Part shown: one piece after another, positions 37,120-51,009 of the stretch | How positions within the stretch are numbered: position 1 is the first letter of the stretch | Layout of the letters: every line of letters begins with the position of its first letter | Assembly (NCBI RefSeq): GCF_963921235.1 | Contig: NC_086097.1 | Coordinates: 22,942,001 to 23,006,000 of the forward strand | Length of the DNA: 64,000 nt | Origin: Mobula hypostoma | Taxonomy: Eukaryota | Direction of reading: 5' to 3' | Position numbers and translations under genes: made by a program | Notes under the pieces: model-generated | The model's database searches: none | Seen by the model: only the letters and a program-made list of their open reading frames with translations | Told to the model about the DNA's origin: nothing

Positions 37120-37982
37120 ATGCTGTCACTAAATTTGGAGTATGCGAGCAGTTTTGAGTCCTATGTCGAAGAAAAGATGTGGTGTCATTCGAGAGGGTTC
37201 AGAGGAGGTTCAGAAGAATGATCCTGGGAATGAAAGGTTGAAGTATCAGGCTGTAGTTTTGAACTCACTGGAATTTAGAAGAATGATGCAGGATCTGATT
37301 GAAACCCATTGAATATTGAAAGGGCTAGACAGAGTGGGCGTGCAGAGGGTTTTCTAATAGAAACATAGAAATACAGAAAACCTACAGCACAATACAGGCT
37401 TTTTGGCCCACGATGCTGTGCTGAACATATACTTACCTTAGAAATTACCTGGGATTACCCAAAGCCCTCTATTTTTCTAAGCTCCATGTACCCATCCAGG
37501 AGTCTCTTAAAAGACCCTATCGTATCTGCCTCCACCACCGTCCATTCCACACATTCACTACTCTCTGCGTAAAAAAATCCTACCCCTGACGTCTCCTCTG
37601 TACCTGCTTCCAAGCACCTTAAAACTGTGCCCTCCTGTGCTAGCCATTTCAGCCCTGGGAAAAAGCCTCTGACTATCCACATGATCAATAGTAGAGCTTT
37701 GGACCAGAGGACACAGCCTCAGAATAGAATGATATCCCTTTAGAACAGAGATGAGGAGAAATTTCTTTATCCATTGAATGGTGACCCTGTGAAGTTCATT
37801 GCCACAGGCAGTTGCGGTGGCCAAGTCATTGGGTATATTTAAAGCAGATGTTGATAGGGTATTCATTAGTAAGGACATCAGAGGTTACAGGTGGGATAAT
37901 AAATCAACCATGATCAATTGGCAGAACAGATTTGTTGGGTCGAGTGGCCTAAATCTGCTCGTATGTCTTATGGTCTTATGAA
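37120..37982. mobile_element. CR1 (plus) with a younger CR1 (minus, 37358-37688) inserted
   Basis: Both show LFPRA/MRRNFF motifs and their own 3' tails. Confidence 0.85.
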
Positions 37983-39257
37983 TTTAAAATGACATGTAAC
38001 ACAGAATGTTCATTGTACACGTCGCAGATTATTCTCAATAATGTGCACTCTATATTTAAGAGAAAGTTGAAGAAAGCTTGAGGGATAGGGGCTAAGAGAC
38101 TTCGGTAATAGTGTGAGATGAAGCAAAGAGGAAGGAGGTTCCTCTGGTACATTGTTATTGGGACAGACCATTTGGGGCGAATAGCTTATTTCTCTTCTGT
38201 CAGTCCTTAGTGCACCTTTTAAATGGAGAACACAGTCATCCATTGTTTCATTTGAGAAGTCATTCTGCAGTGAATGTACCTGTAATGGGTTTGGATCTCA
38301 CCAGTGCAACTTTAAGCTCCAGCTCCCTTGAGAAGCTTTATAGCAATATTATGGGTGCTCTAGTTGGTTGGATTCATGTGTTTTGTGAGAGATTAAAACC
38401 ACATTAAAGATAAGTGCATAATTCCTTGACCAAATCTTTTTTCTCTTTCCCTGGACTGAAGTCAATTTATTTTCTTCCGGGGTATATTAAATTAAATCTG
38501 CTGGGGATGTCCATTAGACTTACAACTGTGCAGAGATGAGTGATGTGGCATGCTGCAGATCTAATGGTAGGTTTTCCCAGTTCACTTCTGACTCCAGTTT
38601 CAGTGGGCTGGAATTGCATGCCAGTAGCAAGCAGTCCACCCCTCTCTCTGTCCTATATGGTGAAGATGGCCATCACACAGAACATTTTCTTTGAAACCAT
38701 ACTGATACGGAAGACATTGCAAGGTGGTGACGGGGCTTTGTGCATGTAAATTATAGAAGGTAGAACCGTACAGCGCCAGGTAGATCCTTTGACCCACAAT
38801 GTTGTGCTGACCTTTTAACTTACTCCAAGATCAATCTACCCATACCCTCCATTTAGTCCTCCATTTTTCGTTCATCTACGTGCCTTTCTAAGAGTTTGTT
38901 AAAAGTCCCTAATGAATCTGCCTCTCCCACCACCCCTGGCATTCCCCCCACCCTCTATTCTCTGTGAAAAAAAACCTACCTCTGACATCCCCCTCACAAC
39001 TATATTTCCCTCCAATCACCTTAAAAATATGACCCCTTATATTAGCCATTTCCTGCATAAAGTCTCTGGCTGTACACTCTGTCCATGCCTCTTATCATGT
39101 CAAGTTGTAATGGGGAATGCAGAGCGAGGGATACCGATTGAATTTCTGAAAAGCTCAGAATCAGGCTTAATATCATTGGCATACATCATGAAATTTTTTG
39201 TTATGTGGTCAGCACAGTGCAATATATTAGCATACAAATGATAAATTACAATAAGTA

Positions 39258-39680
39258 AGGTGGATTGCAGTTAATTGGGTCAATAGTTAATTGGGGCAGC
39301 TGCTTATTTGGGACAATTCTTAAAGAACAAAAGCAAATCATGAAAAGAGCTGGCTTTCCCTTTGTTTATTTGGGACACTGTGCTGCCTAATTGGGGCAGG
39401 AACAGGTTCTAAATAGTGTCAGTCGCAGATATTTTTGTGGCCATTAGATACTACACCATGCTTAAAGCGATTAGTTTATGAACAGTGTAAGTTGCGTGTG
39501 TGTTTGTGTTCAAAAAGCTATGATTTTTCCACTGGTAGTTGGCTAGAAATAAGCATAAGACAATTCCAAACTGTTTTGCTCATTGCGATTTCAAGCATTC
39601 AGACTTGGAGATCCCAGACGTGGCCTGGAGTGAAAATGAAACAATTTTGCTTGTTTACAATCAAACTCCAGTTCTTACTT
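39258..39680. mobile_element. Tigger/pogo-like DNA transposon end; related copy at 49570-49830
   Basis: TA-preceded GGATTGCAGTTAATTGGG...TTATTTGGGACA motif shared between both copies. Confidence 0.6.
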
Positions 39681-39689
39681 AGAGCGAGA

Positions 39690-39950
39690 CCAAGGAAAAG
39701 AATTTTAACAAAGATGAAGGCCTCACTCAAAGTATGAACTGAAATTTAATTATAAACAAGGTGGGAGAGTGGAAACCTGATTGGATGACGACTAGCCAAT
39801 CAGGAGGGGTGGACGACGGAAGTATATATACCAGCGGACTAGACATGCCTAGGCATCATCCCTGATGAAGATGGCAGAGTTTGGCATTAAAACATCAATT
39901 AACATTGATACCTGTACCTGGCTGGATGCCTGAGAAGAGTTTATTTATTT
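39690..39950 (+). mobile_element. Third PLE-type pLTR with CCAAT, TATA and decayed hammerhead
   Basis: CCAAT 39796, TATATATA 39823, CTGATGA-AGATGGCAGAGTTTGGCATT-AAAAC-ATC at 39862-39896. Confidence 0.55.
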
Positions 39951-40036
39951 AGAGCAGCGGTTCTCAACCTAGGGTCTTAACCCATCACGGGGTACGTGAC
40001 AAAATAGAAAGAGAAAGTGAGCTACGTAAAGTTGGA

Positions 40037-40132
40037 GAAACACACATAAAAGTTGCTGGTGAACGCAGCAAGCCAGGCAGCATCTCTAGGAAGAGGTACA
40101 GTCGACGTTTCAGGCCGAGACCCTTCGTCAGG
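40037..40132 (-). mobile_element. PLE 3' end with hammerhead core, inside a hAT MITE
   Basis: Minus strand CCTGACGAAGGGTCTCGGCCTGAAACGTCGACTG. Confidence 0.85.
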
Positions 40133-40616
40133 GTCCCTAGACCCCTTGGGCAATGATGGGGGTCCAAGGCAAAAAAAGGGTTGGGAACCCCTGGTTTTGA
40201 GTGACTGGATGGGGTATTCATGAACTAGGCTTTTTTTTCCTGACTTCCCTCATATTCCTGACTCAGGAGATGAATTTCCCACTGCAGGATACCCAGACCC
40301 TGACCTGTTGTACTCAAGGTAGTTACGTGGCTGATCTAGTTAAGTTTCTGGTCAGTAATGAACCACTGGATGTTGATGGTTGGAGACTCTGTGATGGTAA
40401 TGGTGTTAGAAATCTTGGATGAGTGGTCAGACTCTCTCCTGTTGAAGATAGTCAGTGCTGCCACAAGACAGAGGTGTTATTTGCCACTCATCACCCACAT
40501 TGGTATTGGTTAATTTTGCCACTTGTGAAAAGCTTGCCTTGCATACTGTTTATACAGATCAAATCATTACACAGCGCATGGAGCTAGACTAAGGCAAATA
40601 ATAACATTGCAGAATA

Positions 40617-40833
40617 AAGTGTAAAAAGTGCAGTGCAGGTAAATAATGAAGTGCCAGGTCATAACAAGGTAGACTGTGAGGCCAAGAGCCCATCTTGTCA
40701 TATAAGAGGTCTGTTCAAGAGTCTGAAGTGTAAAAAGAACAGTGCAGGTAAATGATAAAGTGCAAGATCATAATGAGGTAGACTGTGGGGCCAAGCATCC
40801 ATCTTCTCCTACAAGAGGTCTGTCAAGTGTCTG
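40617..40833. repeat. ~108-bp tandem duplication within a LINE 3' UTR
   Basis: AAGTGTAAAAAG...CAGTGCAGGTAAAT...GGTAGACTGTG...AAGAGGTCTG occurs twice. Confidence 0.85.
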
Positions 40834-41834
40834 ATAACAGTAGATAGAAGCTCTCCTTGAGCTTGGCGGTACATGCTTTCAGGCTTTTGTATTTTCTGCC
40901 TGATGGAAAAGGATTGAAGAAGAGAAAATGTCTGGCTTGGGTGGGGTCTTTGATTATGCTGGCTACTTTACTGAGACAGTGAGAAGCATAGAATCCATAG
41001 AGGGGAGGCTGGGGTCCCTGTGACGTACTGAACGATGTACACGACTCTCTGCAGTTCTTTGTGGTCACATGCAGAGCAATTGCCATAGCAAGTTGTTATG
41101 TATCCAGGCAGAATGCTTTCTGAACTGAATTGAATTGACTTTATTACTTACATCCTTCAGATACATGAGGAGTAAAAAGCTTTACATTATGTCTGTCTAA
41201 ATGTGCAATGTACAATTATAGTAATTTATGATAAATATTATGCACAATAGGACAGTCAATATAACATACAAATATACTGTCTGCATGATTAATCAGTCTT
41301 ATGGCCTGATGGAAGAAGCTGTCCTGGAGCCTTTTGGTCCTGGCTTTAATGCTGCGTTACCATTTCCTGGATGGTAGGAGCTAGAACAGTTTGTGCTTGG
41401 GGTGACTCAAGTCTCCAATGATCCTTCTGGCCCTTTTCACACACCCGTCTTTGTAAATGTCTTTGGTGCATCAGTAAAAATTTAAATAAGTCAATGGGAT
41501 CATGCTGTATCTCTTTTGCTTCCTGGGGAAGTAGTGGTGTTTGTGGGCTTTCTTGGCCATGACATCAACATGGTTGGACCAGGCTAGGATATGATGCTAA
41601 TTGATGTTATTTTGGTCTTGCTGAATGCAGATCACTTGCTGAGGATTTGCAAGTGGAATTGAATCATAAGCAACTACACCCATTCAGGCATTAAGATGTG
41701 AAAAAGTTTATTGATGAAGCAGCTGTGTATGTTTGTGCCTGGTGTACTGCTCATTGAGATTCCTTCGCCATGACGTGTGGAAGGGATGACTTACTTCCAA
41801 CAAGAATTTACAGGAAGGAGTTACCTTCCAATTT

Positions 41835-42915
41835 AGCTAGATAAAATTATGAGGGTTATACTGTAGAAAGGAGAAATACAAACATGCTTTTTCAACTGAG
41901 TTTGGGTGAGATGAGAACTAGAGGTCATGGGTTAAGGGTGAAAGGTGAAATGTTTAAGGCCAACATGAGGGAGAACTTCTTCACTCAGAGGGTGGTGAGA
42001 GTGTGGAATGAGCTGTCAGCAAAAGTGGTAGATACAGGTTTGATTTCAACATTTATATTGAGGGCTGTGGAGGACTATGATCCAGGTGCAGGTTGATGGG
42101 ACAAAGCAGATTAATAGTTCAGCATGGATTAGATGGGCCAAAGGGCCTGATCCTGTGCTGTAGTGGTCTATGACTCTATGATCCACAAACACATTTCATT
42201 ATATGAGTTATGACTCCAATGACTGGAAGGTTTTCCCATTGATGCACACTGATTTCAGTCTTAGCAAAGCTCCTTGAGGGAACACAATCAAATTCTTTTA
42301 TAATGTTTTGAGCTGTCTCATTTCATCTCCGAAGTTGGATCAACATTGCCTTGCCTGGATTGGAGGAGTGCTTGAGACCATAAAACAGAGGAACAAAATT
42401 AGGCCATTCGGCCCATTGGCCCATCCAGGGCTGATTTATTTTCCTCCCTAACTCATTTTCCTGCTTTTCCTCCATAAATTTTGATGCCCTTTCCAATCAA
42501 GAACCTACTAACTTCCAGTGACATGGCCTCCACAGTCATTTGTGGCAATGAATTCCACAAATTCACCACACTCTATCTAAAGAAGTTCCTCCTCATCTTT
42601 GTTCTAAAGGGACATCATTGTATTATGAGGCTGTGCCTTTTGATGCTTGACTCTCCCACTACTGGGAACATCCCATCCTCTCCACGTCAAATCTATCTAG
42701 GCACTTCAATATTCAATAGGTTTCAATGAGTTCCCCTCCTATTCTTCTCAACTCCAGTGAGTACAGGCCCAGAGCCATCAAACGCTCGTCTTACATTAAC
42801 CAATTTCTTTCCTGGGATCATCTTCATAAAACACTGAACCTCTCCAATGCCAGCACATCCTAAGTATGGGGTCCAAATCTGCTCACGATATTCCAACTGC
42901 GATCTGATCAATGCT
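41835..42915. mobile_element. Two CR1 3' fragments (41835-42180 plus; 42375-42915 minus)
   Basis: TRGHGLRVKGEMFK..FFTQRVVRVWNEL; LEYREQIWTPY. Confidence 0.85.
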
Positions 42916-42966
42916 GTTGTCGGTGAAAGCCACGCTGACGTGGGGAAGCAGGTTATTAGTGAGTGA

Positions 42967-43464
42967 ATCACAAACACAAGAAAGTCTGCAGATGCTGGAA
43001 GTCCAGAGCAACACACACAAAATACTGGAGGAACTCAGCAGGTCAGGCAGCATCTCTGGAAAACAGCAAACAGTCGGGGTGTGCCGACCCTCAAACCCTG
43101 CCTCCCATATAAGCCCCCACCTTAAATTCCTCCGTATACCTGTCCAGTAGCCTCTTAAACTTCACTAGTGTATCTGCCTCCGCCACTGACTCAGGCAGTG
43201 CATTCCACGCACCAACCACTCTCTGAGTAAAAAACCTTCCTCTAATATCCCCCTTGAACTTCCCACCCCCTACCTTAAAGCCATGTCCTCTTGTATTGAG
43301 CAGTGGTGCCCTGGGGAAGAGGCGCTGGCTATCCACTCAATCTATTCCTCATATTATCTTGTACAGCTCTATCAGGGTCTCGGCCCAAAATGTTGACTAT
43401 TTACTCCTTTCCATTGATGTTGCCTGGTCTGCTGGATTCCTCCATCATTTTATGCGTGTTGCTG
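42967..43464. mobile_element. Inverted PLE-end pair interrupted by a CR1 fragment (43081-43375)
   Basis: TSD TTAGTGAGTGA (42956-42966, 43465-43475); CR1 ORF DSQRLFPRA..FFTQRVVGAWNALP. Confidence 0.75.
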
Positions 43465-44003
43465 TTAGTGAGTGAGTACTGTTTGACTGTTCATTTAACA
43501 CCACATTCCATCACTTTGCTAATTCAGAGAAGACTGAAGAGTGGCTATTAGTGAGATCGGAGAGCGGACAATACATACCTGGCCTATTTAACACCTTGTC
43601 AGGAGATGGTGGTGTTGTAACTGTACAGGAACAGTCTGATTTGAGGTGTAGGTAGTTCTAGACAGCAAATCTTCAATGGTGTGGCTCAGATGTGTTCGCT
43701 GGCTTGGCTGTCAGCTTTTACTTGTTAACAAACGCATGAAGCTGTCTGAAAATTAGATTCTGTGATGATGGAAGAAATCAAGATAAGTCATCCCACTCGA
43801 CAGTGCTGTCAATAGCTGTCAATAATTGTTCAATCGTTGCCTTGAAAATGGGTGTGAAAATTAATTCTTGAAATCAAATGTAAGGGATTCAAAGAATGAC
43901 TCGTATTGACCGTATTCATTTTATCTGCTACATGAAATCAATGGATGTGAATTGCAGAAGCTGGTTTGAATATCGTACATCACAGCTGCTGCGCTGTGAA
44001 ATA

Positions 44004-44760
44004 GAGACAAAAGACTGCAGATGCTGGAATGTGCAGCAAAGAAAATAAGCAGCTGGGGACACTCAGTGGGTCAAGTGGAGTCTCCGGAGGCACAGTCGTG
44101 CAGTTGTTAGCGCAGCGCTTTTACAGCACCAGCTACCTGAGCTCATTTCCTGCTGCTGTCTGGAAGGAGTTTGCACGCTCTTCCCATGACTGTGTGGGCC
44201 TCCGCCGGGTTCCTGGGCTTCCTCTCACGTTCCAGAGATGCGTGGGTCGGTAGGTTAATTGGTCACAAGGCAGCACGGGCTGTACTGTACCTCCAAATAA
44301 ATCAGATAATGGGATGCTCACGTTCAGGGTCAAGACCTTGCATCAGGGACTGAGCTGGCGGAGGGAAGTTTCTGCCCGGTCTAGCCGAGGCACCGGAATG
44401 TAATCGGCGAGGTTGTGGGAGGTTCGTGTGAACCTCTGCCTCACCTGACGTGGCTGTTTTAGGTCCCCGGATCGAGGTGAGGGTGGAGGTGTAGGGATGG
44501 ATGTTTACAGTGGACAAGGAAGGTGGTGGGGTAGGACGAGCAGTCCGGTGAGTCACAGAGAGCAGACCCAGTGAAGGGCAGAAAGTGGGCGAGAGAGGAA
44601 GGTGAATTAGTGATGGGATCCTGTGACTGATACGCTGGACATGGAGGCTGGTGGGTGACAGGTGAAGACAAAGGAATGTCTGTCTCTTTCCTATCTGGGG
44701 AAGAGGAAGAGAGTTAAAGAACACTACAGAACAGAAATCCATTGGTCATGGGGACAATGT
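44004..44760 (-). mobile_element. Old PLE fragment with nested V-SINE (44085-44303, plus)
   Basis: Decayed PLE thumb/linker sequence and tail; V domain in the SINE. Confidence 0.65.
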
Positions 44761-44894
44761 GCAGACTCCAACCTGAGTCACTGGAGAATTACTCTCTGCA
44801 CCATTGTGCCACCTAAACCTGATGTATACTACATGATATCTGGAATAGGTTGATAGTGTAAGAAGAAAGGTTGATCATGTTGGCCTTACATCCA

Positions 44895-46260
44895 GAGAGT
44901 AGTAGAGCAGTACAGCACAGAAGCAGGCTCTTCGGCCCATCTAGTTGCTGCTGAACAGTTATTCAGCCTAGTCCCATTGGCCCACACTTGGACCACAGCC
45001 CTCCATACCCCTCCTATCTACAGGCCTCTTAAATGTTGCAATAGAACCCATATCTACTACCTCTGCTGACAACTTGTTCCACTCTTGCACCACTGTCTGA
45101 GTGAAAAACTTCCCCATTGTTCCCCTTAAATATTTCACCTTTCACCCTTAACCTATGAACTCTAGTTCTAGTCTCACCCTGCCTCAGTAGAAAAGAGCCT
45201 GCTTGCATTTACCCTATCTATACCCCTCATAATTCAGTATACCTCTAGGGGATCTTTCCTCATTCTCCTGTGGTCCATAACCTATTCAAACTTTCCCTAT
45301 AACTCAGAGAGCAGGCATCTGGAAAATAGTGGAAATACAAGTGAATGGACTCCATGAATGTTTTCTGAAAATGGGGTCATTTTAGAAGTTCTCGAATGGA
45401 AAGCCTCATCTTCCAAATAGAAACAAGAATACCACCCTCCCCCCACCACCCACTACACATTGTATTTGTCTGTTATATTTGGTGCTCCTTTACATCTATG
45501 AAATTAAGCATAGAATGAGTGACTGTTTTACAGAGCTCCTGAACTCTGTCCACATTGGCCATCTTGTGTTTCTGGTTGAATATCTTCTTATTCTCACATT
45601 GACCTCCCTGTCCTCGGCCTTCTCCACTGCTGTTGTGTGACCAAACACAAACTAGAAGAACAAATCAGCCCTTATTCCAGTGATATAAATATCATACTCT
45701 ATTGGAGAGGCTTCAACTTAATGATACGCACAATAACTTTTCCAATTTCGGGTAACACCACTCCACCCAACCCCACATCCCCTGGTGTCCCTTTCCCACT
45801 CCCATTGGTCCACCTAGGTGCCATCTCCCTTGTGTTCACCTTTTCCATTCCCCAGAGAAATTACTTTTCCCCTTTCTGGTTCCATCTGGCCATTGACACA
45901 TGTATCCACCAAGCTTTCTTTTCTTTAGCCCTAGCAGTCATAGAGTCATAGAGCACTATGACTCAAAAATGGGCAATTTGGTCCACCTGGTCCATGCCAA
46001 ACTATTATTCTGCTTAGTCCCATCAACCTGCCCCTAGACCATAGCCCTTCATACCCCTCCCATCCATGGACTTATCCAAAACTTCTCTTAAATACTGAAA
46101 TTGAACCTGATCACCTCTTCCTTCAGAACCTCATTCCACACTCTCACCCTCAGATGAGGGTGGATGATGGGCAGGTAGAACAAGTGGAGAAATGACTATG
46201 AAAGAGGAACATGAGGGGGATCTCTGAGTGAAAGAGTCCCCCCATGTTCCCCTGTTGTAT
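44895..46260. mobile_element. Cluster of CR1 (minus) and old PLE fragments
   Basis: CR1 tails at 44900 and 45935; PLE KHKLEEQ and DEAF motifs at 45310-45900. Confidence 0.65.
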
Positions 46261-47569
46261 CCATTCCGCCACTTAGTACCATCTACCCATCATCTCTCCG
46301 TCCTCTGATTCCATTTATCACCTACCAGACTCTGCCCCTCCCCTCATTGATTTCCCTGAAATGTCTGCCATTCCTCTCCCTCCGCAGATGCTGCTTGACT
46401 CAGACTGTCTCCAGCAGTTTGTTTTTAATTTTGCTATGATAGATCATGCTTACTGCTATCAATAGGAGATAAATTTCTAGACAACAGAATATAGCACAAG
46501 TGCAGGCCATTCTAACCAACCAGTCCATACGAGTGTTTATATTCCGTGCAGGTCAGCCCTCATTCTTCTTCAACTAACTCTGTCTGCAGAGTCTTCTAAT
46601 CCTTTCCCTTCCCTCATGTGCCTATCTATCATCCCTGACTTCATACTGTCAGGCTTAGAAACCTTATCGAAGCAATACCATAAATACATTTATCAGTGCT
46701 CAATACATTAACAAAAGCATCTGCATTAATATTAAAAATCAACAAAATTAGAGACATCAAAAATAGTCGAGGCATCAAAAATCAATCAGAGTCCTTTTAA
46801 TTTTTTTTTGCATCTTAAAACAGATAAATAAAGTGAGATTATGATTGATGGGCGCACTAAAAGGTGTTTAAAAATGTTGGCATATAGCAAATGTTGGCTC
46901 TGCAGTGCAGAAAATGACCTGCATTCAGTCAGGAAGAAAACATCATTTTCGTGGTTCATCTGAACCTGAATTGAAATATTCTTTCAATTTTCCTCCTTTG
47001 GAAAGTAGAACAAAGGAGCAGTTGCTTGAAGAGAGGCTGTCCAGTGCTGATAAGGCACTTGGAGAGATTGGACTAGAATCATTAAGTACACCATCACTCA
47101 GGACTCAGGCGTCTGCAGGTCTGTTAGAACATATCACAGATGCTTTATTTATTTACTTATTGCTTGTTTGTTTTGAACATCACTCTGCTCATCACCAATG
47201 TGTCACTTGGTTCGGATGCCCTCGAGCAGTTCCCATTAAGGCTCTTGCTTTCATAATGTTTTCAAAATGAGAAAGGTAGAATCATTTTACCGCCATTACT
47301 TTCCTGACACTGCTGGTGGTTATATGATCCTTCTCTATATCTGTCTGCATTGTACTTGTCACCAGAAAAATTTCTGTTTAATGATTACCCCTAAGTGTCC
47401 TTGAGAGAGTGTTGGGGGGAATGGGGACACTGCAGAATTATTGGATCAAGAATTCCAGGGTTTTAATCCCTGTCAGTGAAGGATTGTAATCCCTGTGTGG
47501 TATCATTACTTGTTTGCCATACTTTGATGTATTTAGATTAGTTTACAATATTCTTTTAGGGTTATCCAA

Positions 47570-47893
47570 TAAAGAGATTAGCTTTATCTCTCACATGTAC
47601 ATCAAATCATCAAAATGTACAGAGTCATGCGTCATTTGCGTTAATGATCAACACAGTCTGATAATGTGCTGGCGGCAGTCCGCAAGTGTTGCCAGGCTTC
47701 TGGCGCCAACATAACATGCCCACACCTCACTAACCTGGACTAAACTGTACGTGGGAGGAAACCGGAGCACCCAGAGGAAACCTACCTGGTCAAGGAGAGA
47801 ACATACAAACTCCTTACAGACAGTGACGGGAATTGAACCCTAAACACTGGCTCTGTAAAGCACTAGTTAACGTGCTATGCCACCATGCTGCCC
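47570..47893 (-). mobile_element. V-SINE
   Basis: GTGGGAGGAAACCGGAGCACCCAGAGGAAACC is the reverse complement of the V domain. Confidence 0.85.
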
Positions 47894-48282
47894 TCAAAAA
47901 ACATGAAGAAATTTTTTTGAACTATTACATTGTAGGTCAAACTGATGTTTTAAAATAAAATTAAATGCTAAGATGCAGAAACTCATTCTCCAATGTATGG
48001 AGAAATTTTTTGCTATTAATAACAAATGGATTAAATTTTGATTCTAAGGTTTGATGGCACTGTTGTCTCATTTTCCTTCTGGAAAGCTCTGTAAGGCTAT
48101 TAAAATATTTCACACCATCTTAATAGCTTCTTGCTGGTATTTATGCACATTTTATTCCATATCTGTACTTTAACTTGAAACCTTATTTTTGATTTAATTC
48201 TTTTTTTCTTTATAATTGTTTAATGGTGTTGTTTTTTTCAGTACATGTCATGCCAGCACACCACAGCAAATTCCTAGCAGCC

Positions 48283-49558
48283 GACACAAAATGCTGGAAG
48301 AACTCAGCAGGTCAGGCGGCATCTATGGAGAGGGAAAAAACAGTCAACATTTCAAACTCAGATGCTTTATCAGGACTGAAAGGGAAAGGGGAAGATGCCA
48401 GAACAAGAAGGTGGAGGAGGGGAAGGAGTACATGCTAGAAGATGATAGGTGAAGCTAGGTGGGTGGGGAGGAGGAATGAAGGGAGAAGCTGGGATCTGAT
48501 AGGTGGAAAAGGCAAAGTGGTGGAGAACAGGGAGTTTGATAGGAGAGGAGAAAGGACGATGGGAGAAGGGGAAGGAGGAGGTCACCAAGGGAGGTGATAG
48601 GCAGGTAAGGTGAAGAGAAGAGGTAAAGGCCAGAGAAGGGAATGGAGTAAGAGAATTACTAGATGTTGGAAATTGATGTTCATGCCACCAGGTTGGTGTC
48701 TACCCAGACAGAATATGAGGTGTTGCTTCTCCAACCTGACAGTGGCCTCTTCATGGCCGTAGAGGAGGCCAAAGACCTACATGGTGGAATGGGAATGGGG
48801 ATTGGAATTAAAATGATTGGCCATTTAAAATCCTGTTTTGTGCAGATAGAGTGAAGGTGGTCTACATCAGGGCTCACCAATGCAAAGGAGGCCACATCGG
48901 GAGCACAGGATATCGTAGACAACCCCAACAGATTCGTGGGTGAAGTGATACGTCACCTGGAAGGAGTGATTGGTGCCCTGAATGGTGGTGACGAAGGAGA
49001 TTAATGGCAGGTGTAACATTTCTTCTGCTTGCAGGGATAAGTGCTGGGGAGAGATCAGTGGGGAGGGATGAATGGACAAGGGAATCAAGGAGAGGGAAAT
49101 TCCCGTGGAAAGTGGGGAATGGTGGGAGGTAAGCATGCATTTGGTGATAGGATCCCATCAAAGATGGTCAAGTTGCAGAGAATGATGTACTAGATATGGA
49201 AATTCATGGGGTGTTAGTTAAGGACAAGAGGGACTCTATCCCTGTGAAGGCAACAGGAAGATGGGGTGAGGGCAGATATCCAGGAAATGGAAAAGTTGCA
49301 GGTGAATATCATTTGTGGAGGAAAGGAAACCTCATTCTTTGAAGAAGGGGGCATTTCTGATGTTCTGGAAAGGAAAGCCTCATCCTGGAAACAGATGTGG
49401 CAGAGATGAAGGGGCTGAGAGAGAAGAATGGCAGTTTTACGGAATAGGTATAATTGAGATAGTTATAGGAGTCAGTAGATTTATCAAAGATATCACTGGA
49501 CAGTTTGTCCCCAGAGATGGAGACCGAGAGATTGTGAAAGGGGAGATAGCTGTCAGAA
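48283..49558 (-). mobile_element. Diverged PLE fragment (RT C-terminus, GIY-YIG, 3' end)
   Basis: Collinear with 31318-32734; HFTHESVGVVYDILCSRCGLLCIGE; decayed hammerhead at 48341-48378. Confidence 0.88.
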
Positions 49559-50861
49559 AATTCCTAATACAATAGATTCCAGTTAATTGGGCCATCTGTT
49601 AATCGGGGAAGCCACTTATTTGGGACAAAGCTTAAAGAACAGAATCTAATTGAGAAAATAGCCAGGATTCCCATTGTTTATTTGGGACACAATGCCACCT
49701 AATTGGGACAGGAGACTTTTGTTGAACAGTTTTTAACTAGTGTCAGTCGCATGTGGCCATTAGATAATACACTGTGTTGAGAGCAAAGAATTTTTAAATA
49801 GTGTCAGTTGCGTGTGTTTGTGTTTATTGAGGAGGCAGGAAACCATGTTGCATCTATTTTAAACTTAGATTAGGCCTCACTTTGATCATTGTGGGTAACT
49901 TGTTCGCCCTTTACCGTAAGGTTGTTGAAGACTTGAAAAGTTGTGGAAAAGGTTGACCAGGATGTTACCAAAATAAGAGGAGAAGCAGGACAAACTTGGG
50001 TTATTTTCTCTGGAACCTTGGAAGTGAGAGGAGACCTGAGAGAACTTTGCTTCAGCGGCATAGATACAGTTGAAAGTCAGAAACTTTTCTAGGGATAGAA
50101 ATATCAACTATGAGAAGACATTTAAGGAGAGAGGGAGAAAGTTTAAAGGAGATGAGAAGAATAAGTTTTATTTACACAGGGCGTCATTGATGCTTAGAAT
50201 AGTCTGCTGAAGGGAGTGGTGAGCCAGGCTAGTGAGCCGTCAGTGGTTTCTGGGATCAGAATTCTGTGCAGACAAAAGGTATAAGGGCCAGTGATTCCCT
50301 AGATATCTGAATGGGTGAGACTGGAGATTGAGACCTAGAGTTTGGGGTCCCATCATCAGCGAGTCTGGAGTTTGAGGTTTGGTGTTTGGGGTCCTCATCA
50401 GGGTCCTCATTCGATGTCTTTGGTGAGTCCCAGGGTTGATAGCGAAGGTCGAAGCCCAAAGGTCGAGTGGAAGTCTGCAAGTCTGCAGAAGCCTGGGTCT
50501 ACACGTCCTAGCCTGGTGTCTGCAAACTCGCAAGCCTGCTGGAAGACAAAAACAGCCCATCCAGTTGGAGGACTGTGTATGTGTGTGGGTGAGAGGGAGG
50601 ACGGGGTTCTGTGCTGATGTATTTTGTGTTCGACTGAGCATTATCTTGGTGCAGGAATGTGTAGTGACACTTGCAAATGAGACAGTTCACTGTATGTTTT
50701 GATGTTCATGTGATAACATTATGTGATGTTCATTCTTCATGTGATAAATAAATCAGAGTCAGAATCTGAATCCGGTGCAAGCAGATACTAGAGTAACGTT
50801 TAAGGGGCTGTTAGATAGACACATGACTATGTAGGGAAGAAGGATATAGATCATGGATATG

Positions 50862-50967
50862 GGCTGTCACGGTAGCGTAGTGGTTAGTGCGATGCTGTTA
50901 CAGCTCAGGGTGTCGGAGTTCAGAGTTCAATTCCAGAATCCGCTGTAGGAAAGTTTGTACATTTCTC

Positions 50968-51009
<42 letters not shown>

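Noticed and set aside
46905..47270. 121-aa ORF in unique sequence
   Set aside because: GTG start, no recognisable domain, no convincing splice sites
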